64,000 nt of DNA from Leucoraja ocellata (lineage: Eukaryota): NCBI GenBank assembly GCA_036785375.1, contig JAWMAR010000167.1:4712001-4776000 (forward strand), read 5' to 3'. The notes beneath the pieces were generated by a model. The model was given only the letters and a program-made list of their open reading frames with translations. It had not been told where the DNA came from and did no database searches. Position 1 is the first letter of the stretch. Each line of letters begins with the position of its first letter. The position numbers were made by a program, and so were the translations under genes. Below, piece by piece: positions 53,401 to 64,000 of the stretch.

Positions 53401-54928
53401 TTGGAAAAGGGAGTCAAAAAATGGTACATAGTGGGGATATAATTAGAACGTTGAAAAACAGCATGCATAATAAATAATATGGTTAAATAATGATGTACAA
53501 CAGTAACTGGAAATGGTTCAAATGATGTTCAACAGAACCATGGAAAAATACTGAAACAAGGAACTGCAGATGCTGGTTTACAAAATAAGACAAGTGCTGA
53601 GCACATCAGAGGCATCTCTGGAGAACATGGATATCTGATGTTTTGGGTTGGGATTTTCTTGAGCCCTGTCAGCTCACAGTCCAATAACGTGTTGATTTAT
53701 AAATTATCAATATAATATTCAACTAGCTCTGTGACCATGCCCTTGTACCTTCTTCAGATATCTGCTTCACGTATCTCTGTGACCTCTTCCTTTCCTGTGT
53801 CTCTTCCATGCAATATCGATGTTATAGAATTGTCACTTTCAATCTCTCAGTTTCTTTGTTGCTCTTTCTTGAGCTCATCTACTCATAATTTCACAATATA
53901 CAGTCCACTGTATGATTCTCTCTAATCATGCTCACGTTAACCGTCTTTGGACATGTTGTGAGCAGTACATAAATGTTAATGCTAGCATAATGCTCAAATA
54001 AGAATTTTATTGTTCTGTTTAAGTACATATGACAATAAAACACTCTTGACTACACATGCGCAGCAGCCTTAGGACTTAATGATGTTGTGTCACTGCCAGA
54101 AAGCTGGACAACTGGAGTGAACTTCTTAATACTGCCAAAGTCTTACACTAATCACTACCTCATTAATATATCATATTTTAGCACGACACTCAACAATAAC
54201 TCTCACCCCAGCCTTTTCCTCTCTTTTGCTTTGATACCTATTCTTCCCTCTGGAACCTATTTCCACACTTTTCCTACAGCTATCTCTTTGAATGACTTGC
54301 CAACTTTTATTTTATCAATAAAACAAATTGGAAAAATGAACAGAAAATTCTCAGTATTTTGAATTCAGTTGAGCACTCACATGTACCACGCACGAAAACG
54401 GCTAGCAAACATTAAATTCTCTCATCCGTATTTAAATCTATGATCTCCTCCATAGGACTCAAAGAAAACAGATTTGTGGGCCAATTATGTACATAAAAGG
54501 TTCTATTATACTCTTTAAATGACTGAATCTTCCAGTTAATCTAGGGTGCCTTATATGTTTTAACTCCCAAAATGTGCACCAATAACATGCTGAGCCACTG
54601 CGCTGTTTTACCACACCCGTAAGGCTGCATTAGAATATCCATGTTGCAATTACAACATGCAAATATTGCAAAAGCCATGTAAATGTTACAACATCCATGT
54701 AAATATTACAAGTGTGAAGAAAAATAGGGCTGAAGCGATTTCTGAAACATGCAACAATGAATCAAGGCCAGTCAGAACATTTGTAGTGAGATGTATTTTT
54801 ACATTGGAAGCCATGATTCCCGTCATCTGTTATGTTCATGAGGATTTAATGGATTGTTAATAGATTGTTTTGATTATAGTTTTTCATTTTAAACTTACAA
54901 ACTGCATTTTGTATAACTTAGCTCTTAC

Positions 54929-55031
54929 CAACATAATTAACATGCTCTGGTAATTTTCTGGCAACAAAAGGTCCTTCATAGATGGTGCTACTTTTATCAA
55001 AGAGATACACCATGTACCGATCCCAGCCTCT
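54929..55031 (-). CDS. CHUK: CHUK exon 11 equivalent (103 bp)
   Basis: ttgcag|...|gtaaga; RGWDRYMVYLFDKSSTIYEGPFVARKLPEHVNYV. Confidence 0.96.
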
Positions 55032-55760
55032 CTGCAAAATGAGAAAAACATATTGAAACACAGTTTGATTGATACAACTTCACATATTAATGGAATTTGT
55101 AGTCAAGGTACTTTTTGTCAGTTTCTTTTGACCACTCAATTTAAAAGGCACAGTGTTTGATATATTTGAAAATATAAAAAGTAGCGAATCCTTGAAATTA
55201 TTGTATCCGGTACTATAATTTAGAACGTTTGAATGAAAGTTATCTGCTTTCCCCTTCGATTGGAGGCATTAGTTCACTTCAATGAAATTGGCCAACATCT
55301 TAAAAAGAATCACAATGGGAGGCATTTTTGACAAGAGCAACATTTACTGCACATTATGGCCCTTGAATCATTCCCTTGTTCATTACAATAAATAACCTGG
55401 TTCTTTTGGTGATGGGCGGTAAACCTTAACATTTTACAAAGATGATAAACTTCAGCATGATAAGAGTGTCAGTATTTATTGGCATCTTAGAAACTCTTCC
55501 ACGAGCAAAGTATATTTCAAGAGCCGAGAGTGTTTAATTTGTCACTTGTACCGACAACAGAACAATATTTTTTTTTCTTGCGGCAGCCTAATGGGTCTAT
55601 AAACAGTACACAAAGATAATATATAATAATTAAAAATTCAATAAATTAATTTGTAGCTTTTTGATTAGCAGCATCAATAATCATCAAGTCATATACAGCT
55701 TCATTAACACATGAGCAAAAAGTCTATATTTTTATAAAGATAATAAAGATTCATACTTAC

Positions 55761-55952
55761 TACATCTGGCACACATTGATTGGCAGGCTTTCGAGGATCC
55801 AAAGAAATCCCGGTTTCCACAAGCAACTCCTGGTTTGCAGCAGCAATTTCTGTTTCAGCTTCGATTCGCATTTGAAGAGAATGCAGGCTCTCATCAGGTT
55901 CAATCAAAAAGGAATGAACCCGGGCAGAAGTCATATTTAATATATGAACAAA
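55761..55952 (-). CDS. CHUK: CHUK exon 10 equivalent (192 bp), ubiquitin-like domain
   Basis: tcacag|...|gtaagt; FVHILNMTSARVHSFLIEPDESLHSLQMRIEAETEIAAANQELLVETGISLDPRKPANQCVPDV. Confidence 0.96.
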
Positions 55953-56879
55953 CTGTGAGAAAGATGAAACAACACTTTCAGATTTTTTTGAAATTAATTC
56001 TAACAGTCCCATACACTTCTCTTAACAGAAATGTATCCAGTCTACTTTAAACTGTTTTACCATTGGTGAAATGGATCGCCAGTGAAACCATAACTGGCTT
56101 CTTGCCCCTTTGTTGGGTCAAGAGCTTCAGGCCTCTGCACTCGTCACTTTGTGATTTTTCTATTTAAGCTGCAAATATAAACCTGCCAAGTGAAAAGTAG
56201 AAAATCGTATTCAGAAATTCATGCCATACTTGAATTGTATGGAATTAACCACAAGAGGGCACTCTAAAACAAATGAAGGCCACTTTGTCTACCCAGTTCC
56301 TTTTAAACACTCGAAAGCAAATATTGTTTCCAAGGTGTTACTGAATTTGAGGCACTACATTATTTTTCTACAAAAAACCTTCCAATAATATTTTGAGCTG
56401 AATTTAAAACACAAAGACGACAGGCAAATATTTAAAAGCTCAGCCACGACCAACATGTCAACAGTGGATTAGTAAGAGCTAGAAACATCATTAGGTTCAT
56501 GATAGAAAACTTAGCCCTTTGCTACCGTCAGAGTTGATGTCGTTCATGAGGCATTAACCAGTCTGTTTTCCATGGAACATGCCACAAAACTATTTCAGAG
56601 AAGTTTGGGGCACTTAACCTTCATGACTTGCTCAATGAACATACAACATCAGTGAAACATTTCACCTAGGGAGCTTGCTATGTACACGTTAACTGTAATG
56701 TTTTTAATGTGACAATGATGACTGGATTCTGAAATAAAAAAGCTAGAAATACTCAGAACATCCAGCATCGCATGAAGAAAAAGCAAGTTAACATTACAAA
56801 CTAATGAACTTTCATCAGAATTATTGAGTTCAATGTTAAATTCTGAGGATTGTAACATACCTAAAATAATACATGCTAT

Positions 56880-57960
56880 TAGTCGATCTACTGGTGTGTA
56901 TCATTGGAACAGTGTAAGAGGCCAAGAGTAGTCATCAGAGTGGGGGTAGGATGGAAAATTAAAACCACAGGAGACTGGAAGCAGGTCACTTGAGTACCAG
57001 GAGTTTCTGCCAAGTAGTTCTTCAATCTGCATATAGCAAATACAGAAATTGCTGGAAATCAGCATGTCAGGCAGCATCTCTAGAGCATATAGACATGCAA
57101 GGTATTGGATTGGGATCCTTCTTCAGACTTCTTTAGTCCAAGCAATATAGAGACCATTTCAGGGCACTGAAACTGGGGCACGAAATGAAAAGGGGACAAG
57201 TGAATTGCTGCTCCACTTGTAGGGCTTTTAAGGTCTTAGAGCATTGTAGGAGGTAAACAGTAGGTATTTCATCTCTTGTGGATAGATGAAGGGGATTTGA
57301 CAGAGTTGAACGATTGAACTGGTATTTGTGAAGGGAATAGCTCTTCCAGAATGCTGGAAGAAGAGGTGAATTAGAGAGGAGGTGTCTAGTGGTGCCATCA
57401 CACAGTGGTGGTAATTATGAAGGATGATTTAGTGAATTTGGAGTCTGGCGTTGTGGAAGAACAGGAGAAGAGTGAAAGCACAAATGTAGGTAATTATTAA
57501 GAGCCGGTCCACTATAGTACAGCAAAAGCCCCTTTTAAGGCAAAAGAAAAACACCTCAGAAGTACTAGTGTGGAAGTGTCACGATAGGAATACAATGGAA
57601 CCAAGAAAACTGGCCAAACTTAGAAGGAACCCTTACAAGAGCCAAAATGGAAAGATGTATACCGTGTAGATTAGTGGTCTGTAGGTTTGTAATGAATATT
57701 GCTCACAAGACTATTTCACCAAGATTTCAAATAAAAGCCTGTCGGAAATCAGCAGTAGAAGTGATGATACATTTGAGTTCTATGTGGGAACAGGACACAC
57801 ATTTATTGCAATGTACTGAAAAAAGGAAGAAAGGAACTGGCTCAGTTCAGACAGAAAGAAGGATCTGTGCATGTATAGTTCAGATCTACATGCTCATAAC
57901 TATGACTGACTTGGTAGAAGTGAGTGGAATTAAGGGAAAATAAGTTCAATGCAAAAACAA
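56880..57960 (-). mobile_element. Decayed Penelope-like element (RT thumb to GIY-YIG region)
   Basis: Minus strand ~57625-57715 reads NSLVSNIHYKPTDH*STRYTSFHFGSCKGS, matching the PLE RT motif DIYYKPTD...L.Y.S.HP..CK; carries a copy of the hammerhead-type repeat at ~57050-57130. Confidence 0.65.
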
Positions 57961-58139
57961 ATTCAGCTGTAAGTTAATAAATTGATACGAGATAGTAGAA
58001 TTAGGCCATTTGGCCTGACATCCATACTAATCAACAATCCCGACACCCATACTAATCAAGAATCTATCTATCTCTGCCTTAAAAATATCCTTTGACTTGG
58101 CCTTCACTCTTTCAACTGGCAACCATACAATATTTGCTC

Positions 58140-58590
58140 CATAGTGTGATGAAGGGCCTCAAACCGAAACGTCACCCATTCCTTCTCTCCAGAGATGATG
58201 CCTGTCCCGCTGAGTTACTCCAGCATTCTGTGTCTATCTTCCATATTATCTTTCATTGTATTCACCCTATCGCAGACGTTCCCTTGTTTCTTCCACCACC
58301 ACATCCCTCTCTGAAGCGACCAGTCTGAAGAAGGGTCTCGACCCGAAACGTCACCGATTCCTTCTCTCCAGAGATGCTGGCTGTCCTGCTGAGTTACTCC
58401 ATCTTTTTGTGTCTATCTTCAGTTTAAACCAGCATCTGCAGTTCCTTCTGACACCTCTCTACAACTTATTCTGTATTTAACTTTTCCTAATTCTGATGAA
58501 AGGTTATCGACCAAAAATGTAATTGTCTCTCTCTGTCAGGTACACCCTAATCCAGCATTCTCCGTGATTTCAGATTTCCAGCATCTGAAG
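58140..58590 (+). ncRNA. Tandem hammerhead-type repeats (two clear units 179 nt apart plus a degenerate third)
   Basis: GTGATGA..GAAAC GTC at 58146-58173; CTGAAGA-AGGGTCTCGACCC-GAAAC-GTC at 58325-58352; CTGATGA remnant at 58493. Confidence 0.6.
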
Positions 58591-59236
58591 TTTACTTTGC
58601 AACCATTAAAGTACTGTGAAGTCAAAATGCAAAGTGATTTTTGTTATTCTGAGAATGTGAAAGGAATGATTCTATTTTCTTCGAAAAATATAATTATTGA
58701 TCGATCAAGTTTTACTTTGGGATCAGGTTCCAACATGGTGAACTCCTCATTGCTGAAGGAAGAGATTAGGTAACAGCCGTCAGATCCCTACACACCCTGG
58801 CCAGTTTCACTGAATATTCTTCATTCCACACAAATGTTTTTGGCCAACAGAAATAATTATGGTTAACTTTAATTGATTAAGAAATATACTGAGAGATGAA
58901 AAAAACGAATAAAGAAAAATGACAGACAATTCAAATACATTTAACCCCAAAAACTTTCTGAACGTGTTCAAATTCATATGCATTAAATGACATGTACTAT
59001 GATGATATATTTGATAAAATAAAATGTTTTGTGCAGTCTTCATACTTTAAAGAAATGTGCAGCAAGACATTCACAATAAAATATAGCAATTCTGCAGAAA
59101 CTCTATCTTGACATTCCCTTTATTTGTAATTCTGAATTTATTATATTGTCTTTCAAACATGTATTTTATCAGAGATTTCAATAAATTAAACATGTCATAT
59201 GACACTACACTAACCAATATTTATGGTATAACCAAC

Positions 59237-59372
59237 CTTCTGACTTAAAATCTGCTCCAGGAGCGTGAAGCATGCTAGTCGATTTGTGTTTGGATCTACA
59301 TTACCACCCCGTTGTTTTGGATCCCAAACCAACATCATTTGCAGCCATGTCTCCAATGGTTTTACCATTAAG
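59237..59372 (-). CDS. CHUK: CHUK exon 9 equivalent (136 bp)
   Basis: ttgcag|...|gttggt; LMVKPLETWLQMMLVWDPKQRGGNVDPNTNRLACFTLLEQILSQK, end of the kinase domain. Confidence 0.96.
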
Positions 59373-59429
59373 CTGCAAAACAAAACAAAACCATTCAAAA
59401 ATGAAATAGTCGCAGTGAACTCCCCATCA

Positions 59430-59645
59430 TGGTAAGGGGGGTGAGTGTATGGAACAAGCTGCCAGAGGAGTTAGTTGAGGCTGGGACGATCCCAACGTTT
59501 AAGAAACAGTTGGGCAGGTACATGGATAGGACATGTTTGGAGGGATATGGACCAAACGCTGGCAGGTGGGACTAGTGTAGCTGGGACATGTTGGCTGGTG
59601 TGGGCAAGTTGGGCCAAAGGGCTTGTTTCAACACTGTATCGCTAT
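59430..59645 (+). mobile_element. CR1-type LINE 3' end
   Basis: RGVSVWNKLPEELVEA remnant plus the 3' tail; similar ends at ~23950-24160, ~38290-38560 and ~40125-40320. Confidence 0.75.
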
Positions 59646-60401
59646 GTAATTATCACAATTTATGTCTGAAGAAAAGTCACAGAGGTGAAACGTTAACGGT
59701 TTCCCTTTCACAGATGCTGCCTGACTGCTCAGTGTATCAGCCTTTTAAAAAAATTTTTTTGTGACAATTACATCGTAATTATGTAAGTTATTATTTGACC
59801 AGACCCTGGAAAACATAAGATTCCATGTTGCCTGGTGACTAACATACATTTACTGGGGAAGATTCCAGCTGTTGGTCACTTCACAGAACTAAAAATTGAT
59901 CACAAAAGACAAAGTGCTGGAGGAACTCAGATGTTCAGGCAGCATCAGTGGAGGGAATGGAAGGTGATGTCATGGGTGGAGACCATTCTTCAGACAGTAT
60001 CTGGGGAGAGGACAGGCCAGAAATATCGTCTCTCCATTCCCTCACCAGAAGCTGCCTGACCCAATGAGTTTCTCCAGAACATTGTGTTTTGCTCAAGATT
60101 CCAGTATTTGCAGTGCACTTGGTCATATAGGCATTCCAGCGTCCATTTCTGCATCACTGCATTATATTTGGCTAGGATAAAATGTTTGGGTATTCCAGGT
60201 CCTTGTTCTCCCTCCCCCGTGATTGCATGAAGTCACCTGAATTCCTCTTTGCTCGTTTTACAACTGTCCACCCTGGGTTACATAATCCTGCATTTTACAA
60301 GACTGAAGTCATTGAGATTTTAAAAATGTCATGAGACAACCAAATTTCAGCGAAATTTAAGTAGTTAAAGATGCAAAATTCCTACAGGTAAAAATACTCA
60401 C

Positions 60402-60509
60402 GTGCTAAGGCCATTGGGCTGTGGCAAATTTGGGGAGAACCGTACTTCACCATTCATCTCTTCAACAGCCATAATGTCATATTGGCCCTTAACTCTAACT
60501 TTGTCTTGC
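60402..60509 (-). CDS. CHUK: CHUK exon 8 equivalent (108 bp)
   Basis: tttcag|...|gtgagt; QDKVRVKGQYDIMAVEEMNGEVRFSPNLPQPNGLS(T). Confidence 0.95.
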
Positions 60510-61432
60510 CTGAAAGGAAGTGTATTTTCATGATTAATTTCTCCACAGCAATAAATGTCAAAATATATTATAATCCATTTTCTATAAATAAATGGTAATC
60601 CTCGAAGCTATTTTCCACAGATCTTTAGCAAGCAACGAGGAACTGAACACGTTTAGATATAATTCAGCATTAATTTAATTAAAATGATAAACAGAGCACA
60701 TGATTTTCTTTTAAACAAAAAAAGTTTTTTTTTCCTGTATAAGGCTCATCATTCAGTTGAGTCCACTTGTCCACAAATCTTTATAATTTTAACCAAGGCC
60801 CTTTACAATTACAAGCTCCAATCAATTCCACAATCTGGCCAGTGCTTACTGTTGTGTATATAATTTTAACAGTCCTTTATTGTAAATTTACATCTATAAA
60901 TACTGAGAGGCAAAATACGCATTTTTAAACTAGAACGATGATATTATAAGGGATGCTGCAAACAATATAAAGAAAATCCAAGACAAAGGTAAAGAATATC
61001 ATTACCCTTCCCTTACAATGGAAGTAAAGAAAAGAGAATGTGAAAATAAGAATACTACAGAAAACCTTCCACCATCGGGTAGCTAATATTGAACTGACCA
61101 GTGAGTGTGAAATGTCTGGAACCCTTTGAGGAACATCTTGTTGTTGCAATGGGAAATGTGGATATTTTGTGTAGTTTAACTAAAATGGGAATTTAATCTT
61201 CATCTATGATTATCTTCTGATTTAAAAAAAAGATTATGGTTCGCAAAATCTGATTTTAATTCTGTGATCTTGATTATAATCCAACAATGGATTATTTTTC
61301 ATTCCACCTGATTAAAGATGATAAGAGAAGAAATCCATTAGAGTCCCCAATGCACTCATTCTAACATCCTCTCTTTGTAAACTGTAAATGTGATTTATGC
61401 ATTGAATAGGGGTGCAAAAACAGTCTACTTAC

Positions 61433-61557
61433 GATTGGAAAGGCTGCATATTATGTAAAAATGGTCGAAATCCTGAGATGCACTCAAATACTAGTGTTCC
61501 AAAGCTCCAGTAGTCTACAGTGACTGTGTAAGATTGTGATTCAAATAACTCCGGTGC
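61433..61557 (-). CDS. CHUK: CHUK exon 7 equivalent (125 bp)
   Basis: ttctag|...|gtaagt; [41 protein letters not shown], kinase subdomains VIII-IX. Confidence 0.97.
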
Positions 61558-62349
61558 CTAGAAAGAAGGTAACAATATTGTCTAATGAACAAGTCTATTT
61601 GGTTCTCAATATAATAAAGAATGAGAAATTGAACCAATATTGCGCACTGACATGCACATTAACTCAAAAATGTTTGATACTCATCTTTCTATGGCACGTA
61701 TGAGAACAGCTAGGAACTACATAACATTGTAGACAAACCTTGACTGGTTGACAATTATTAAATTTTCGAGCAGACTGTGTTATAAATGGCAATAACAATT
61801 TTTAGATAAAATCAACATAAAACAAAATGCAATAGTAAACATACTGGACATGGTTCTTTTCCACAATACTTACTTCAATAATGTATAAACATCATTGGAG
61901 TTCGCCAGGTTTGATTCAAAAGGTGCACATTTATTATAGTGCACAGAAATTTGTTGCTTTAGTCAAATGCATTTTGCAAAGTTCAATCCACCTTCACAAA
62001 TCTCAATAGTAAACTGATGTGATTAGATACTAATTATGGTTAAATGGTTTGAGTCATTAAATGGGAAGGCAAGCCAAATGTGGTCTTCAGGCGAGTTAGA
62101 TCCACTGAGTAAACAAAATAATTTAAAACCAAACATATATCAAAATGCTGTTTTTTCACTTTTTTGGGTTTAAATTCAAATGTTCACATTGATAATGGCC
62201 TTATATATTGATCATCTGCTGAAACTGATAGGTATTCTTTCAATGACCATGCCTGAATAACATTTGCAATGGTACTGAGAGTGAATACATGTCCATGAAT
62301 TACAATGTGCTCAATCAATCCACAATAAACAATGCAACAGAAAACTTAC

Positions 62350-62439
62350 CAGGTACTGTAATGTTCCTACAAAAGATGTGCAAAGACTTCCTTGATCCAG
62401 ATCCTTTGCATAGCCCAAGTCAATTATTTTGTATATCAA
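62350..62439 (-). CDS. CHUK: CHUK exon 6 equivalent (90 bp), activation loop; exons 1-5 lie right of the window
   Basis: ctgcag|...|gtaagt; [30 protein letters not shown], with the IKK DLG motif and SLCTS phospho-sites. Confidence 0.98.
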
Positions 62440-63472
62440 CTGCAGTAAAAAAGATAGAGTTATTCACTCGTTTGGCAAATACTTTTGCAATTAAATATTT
62501 CAGAACAATTTCAATAAATTTTTAATTTTGTTATGTGGGTCGTCCATGCTGTCGTGCCTTTTACCAATAAAATGTAATTACTGTGATATTCTTCCACCAT
62601 CATCTCACTATACGATCATAAGATCATAAATGATAAGAGTACAATTAAGTCTTCTCTGCCATTCAGTTATACAAGAAAACAACTCATATTGATGATAAAG
62701 CATTGATGGGACTGCAATTTGGTGAATGAAGTCAGTACTACTGCCACTGCAATCTTGTGTACCTGAAGAGCCTTTTGTGAAATTAGTCCCATAAAAATAA
62801 AAATATTGATAAGAAAAAAAAATAATTGAAATGTATGTACGAGATCAGTTAAAGTGAATCACATAGTTTTAGTGATATAGTACACTGTTAATTCACAGGA
62901 AGAAAAATAACTCAGCAGTTCTTGATAAATGTTTGAACATAAATGAGTTACATAGTTGCTAAGGATTATTTTTACATCCAAGGTTACTAGTACAGTAAGT
63001 AAAGTCTGGAAGAGTATTGTCTGCTCATCACTGACAAGTGCTACGGCAGGCTTCAATGAAAGCAACAGAGGCTGCAACTCATCCCACACCAACAGGTACT
63101 CAGTCATGAAGTGAACCAGGAAGGGAGCCAAGCTTCATGTATTTCTGGAACGTTGATAACTAACATCAGGCATGCGAGAATAAATCACAGCCAGTGATTC
63201 CCTGGATACGAATAGACGTGGAAGAATGGAACGGAGCAGCTCAACTGAATAGTATAAAAGAGGTGCTATAGAAGAATGGTCTGGTACCTTGTCTAAAATG
63301 GAAAACGTGCCAATCTGTCTTTCATTCGACTATGTGTAAGCTAAGGTTTAAATATGATGGAAACTTATTGATGAGGTTTGATAGTACATTAAAGCATCTT
63401 GCAGAAGAGTAAAGACTGAAGATGGTGCAGTAGTTGCAAGAAAAAAGGGATACAAATGCATTGTTGGGACTA

Positions 63473-64000
63473 CAGGTGCACAACCTTTTATCCGGAGTTC
63501 CAGAAACCGAAAAGCTCCGAAAACCGGCCATTTTTTCCAGATGTCGTCTGCGCACCAAAGCTCGCGTTTGGCGCCAAACTTGACCCAAAACGACCCACGG
63601 TCAACCCAGGTCTGTACTACTGTAGTGGCTGCCTCCTCCCTGGAGACCGGGAGACGCTTAAACGTCTGTAAATCATTGCTTAAATGTTAGTCAGTTAGTT
63701 TGGAGGGCTTTTATGTGAAGGGGGGGTGAAGGGGTAAACTTTAATTCTTAGTCCCCTACCTGGTCGGAGAGGCGGGGAGCGGTCAATGCCTAACCGGGTC
63801 GCTGTGCAGTAAGCTCCGCAGCGCTGTGGCCGGTGGGGCCGCAGCGGCGCCGGTTGTAGCTCCGACCCCGGCAACTCTACCACTGGCTGCGAGGCGCTCC
63901 AAATCCAGCGCGGCCCGCGGCCGGACGCCCCAGCTCCGTGAATGCCGGGAGTCGGCGGCGTCGCAGCGCTGGGATACCAGCGGGGTGCGGGCAATGCCTT
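63473..64000. mobile_element. GC/CpG-rich Tc1/mariner-pogo-type element, cut by the window edge
   Basis: Begins TA|CAGGTGCACAACCTTTTATCCGG with subterminal ccgaaa repeats and an abrupt change in composition. Confidence 0.55.

Noticed and set aside
32399-62439. Calling the pair IKBKB and ERLIN2
   Set aside because: IKK-alpha-type motifs (LKEDYSRLFQGQ, DSTEMVKIIV, QKEIWYLLKIAC), the MxMT erlin start and direct adjacency favour CHUK and ERLIN1.
62700-63420. Possible CHUK exon 5 or an LTR-element remnant
   Set aside because: No HRDLKPEN-coding sequence found and no element motif I could support.
63695-63994. 99-aa ORF in a CpG-rich segment that might be the CHUK promoter
   Set aside because: Lies inside a TA-flanked transposon-like element, and CHUK exons 1-5 are still further upstream.

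Overview
Vertebrate genomic DNA, most likely from a cartilaginous fish (skate or ray). That assignment is inferred from the HE1/V-SINE, CR1 and Penelope repeat content. Two intron-rich genes lie in tandem on the minus strand. CHUK (IKK-alpha) contributes 16 coding exons equivalent to human exons 6-21 (62439 down to the stop at 32399), including the activation loop and the LDWSWL NEMO-binding domain. ERLIN1 contributes a probable non-coding first exon in a CpG-rich promoter at ~20.7 kb and 8 coding exons (13509 down to 654), with its 3' end outside the window. All coding exons have canonical AG/GT boundaries and join in frame, and the gene order matches human CHUK-ERLIN1. The rest is intronic or intergenic DNA with SINEs, decayed CR1, L2, Rex1, RTE and Penelope retroelements, several MITEs, a Helitron end and a 243-nt assembly gap. 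The most interesting non-gene signal is an abundant short repeat carrying a hammerhead-ribozyme-like core (CTGAAGA-stem-GAAAC-GTC). It is physically linked to a Penelope-like element, occurs as a 179-nt tandem and as fold-back pairs, and is nested inside a Harbinger MITE inside an RTE LINE. No CRISPR array, rRNA, true tRNA or prokaryotic system is present. I cannot claim a wholly new system; the ribozyme repeats resemble known Penelope/retrozyme biology.
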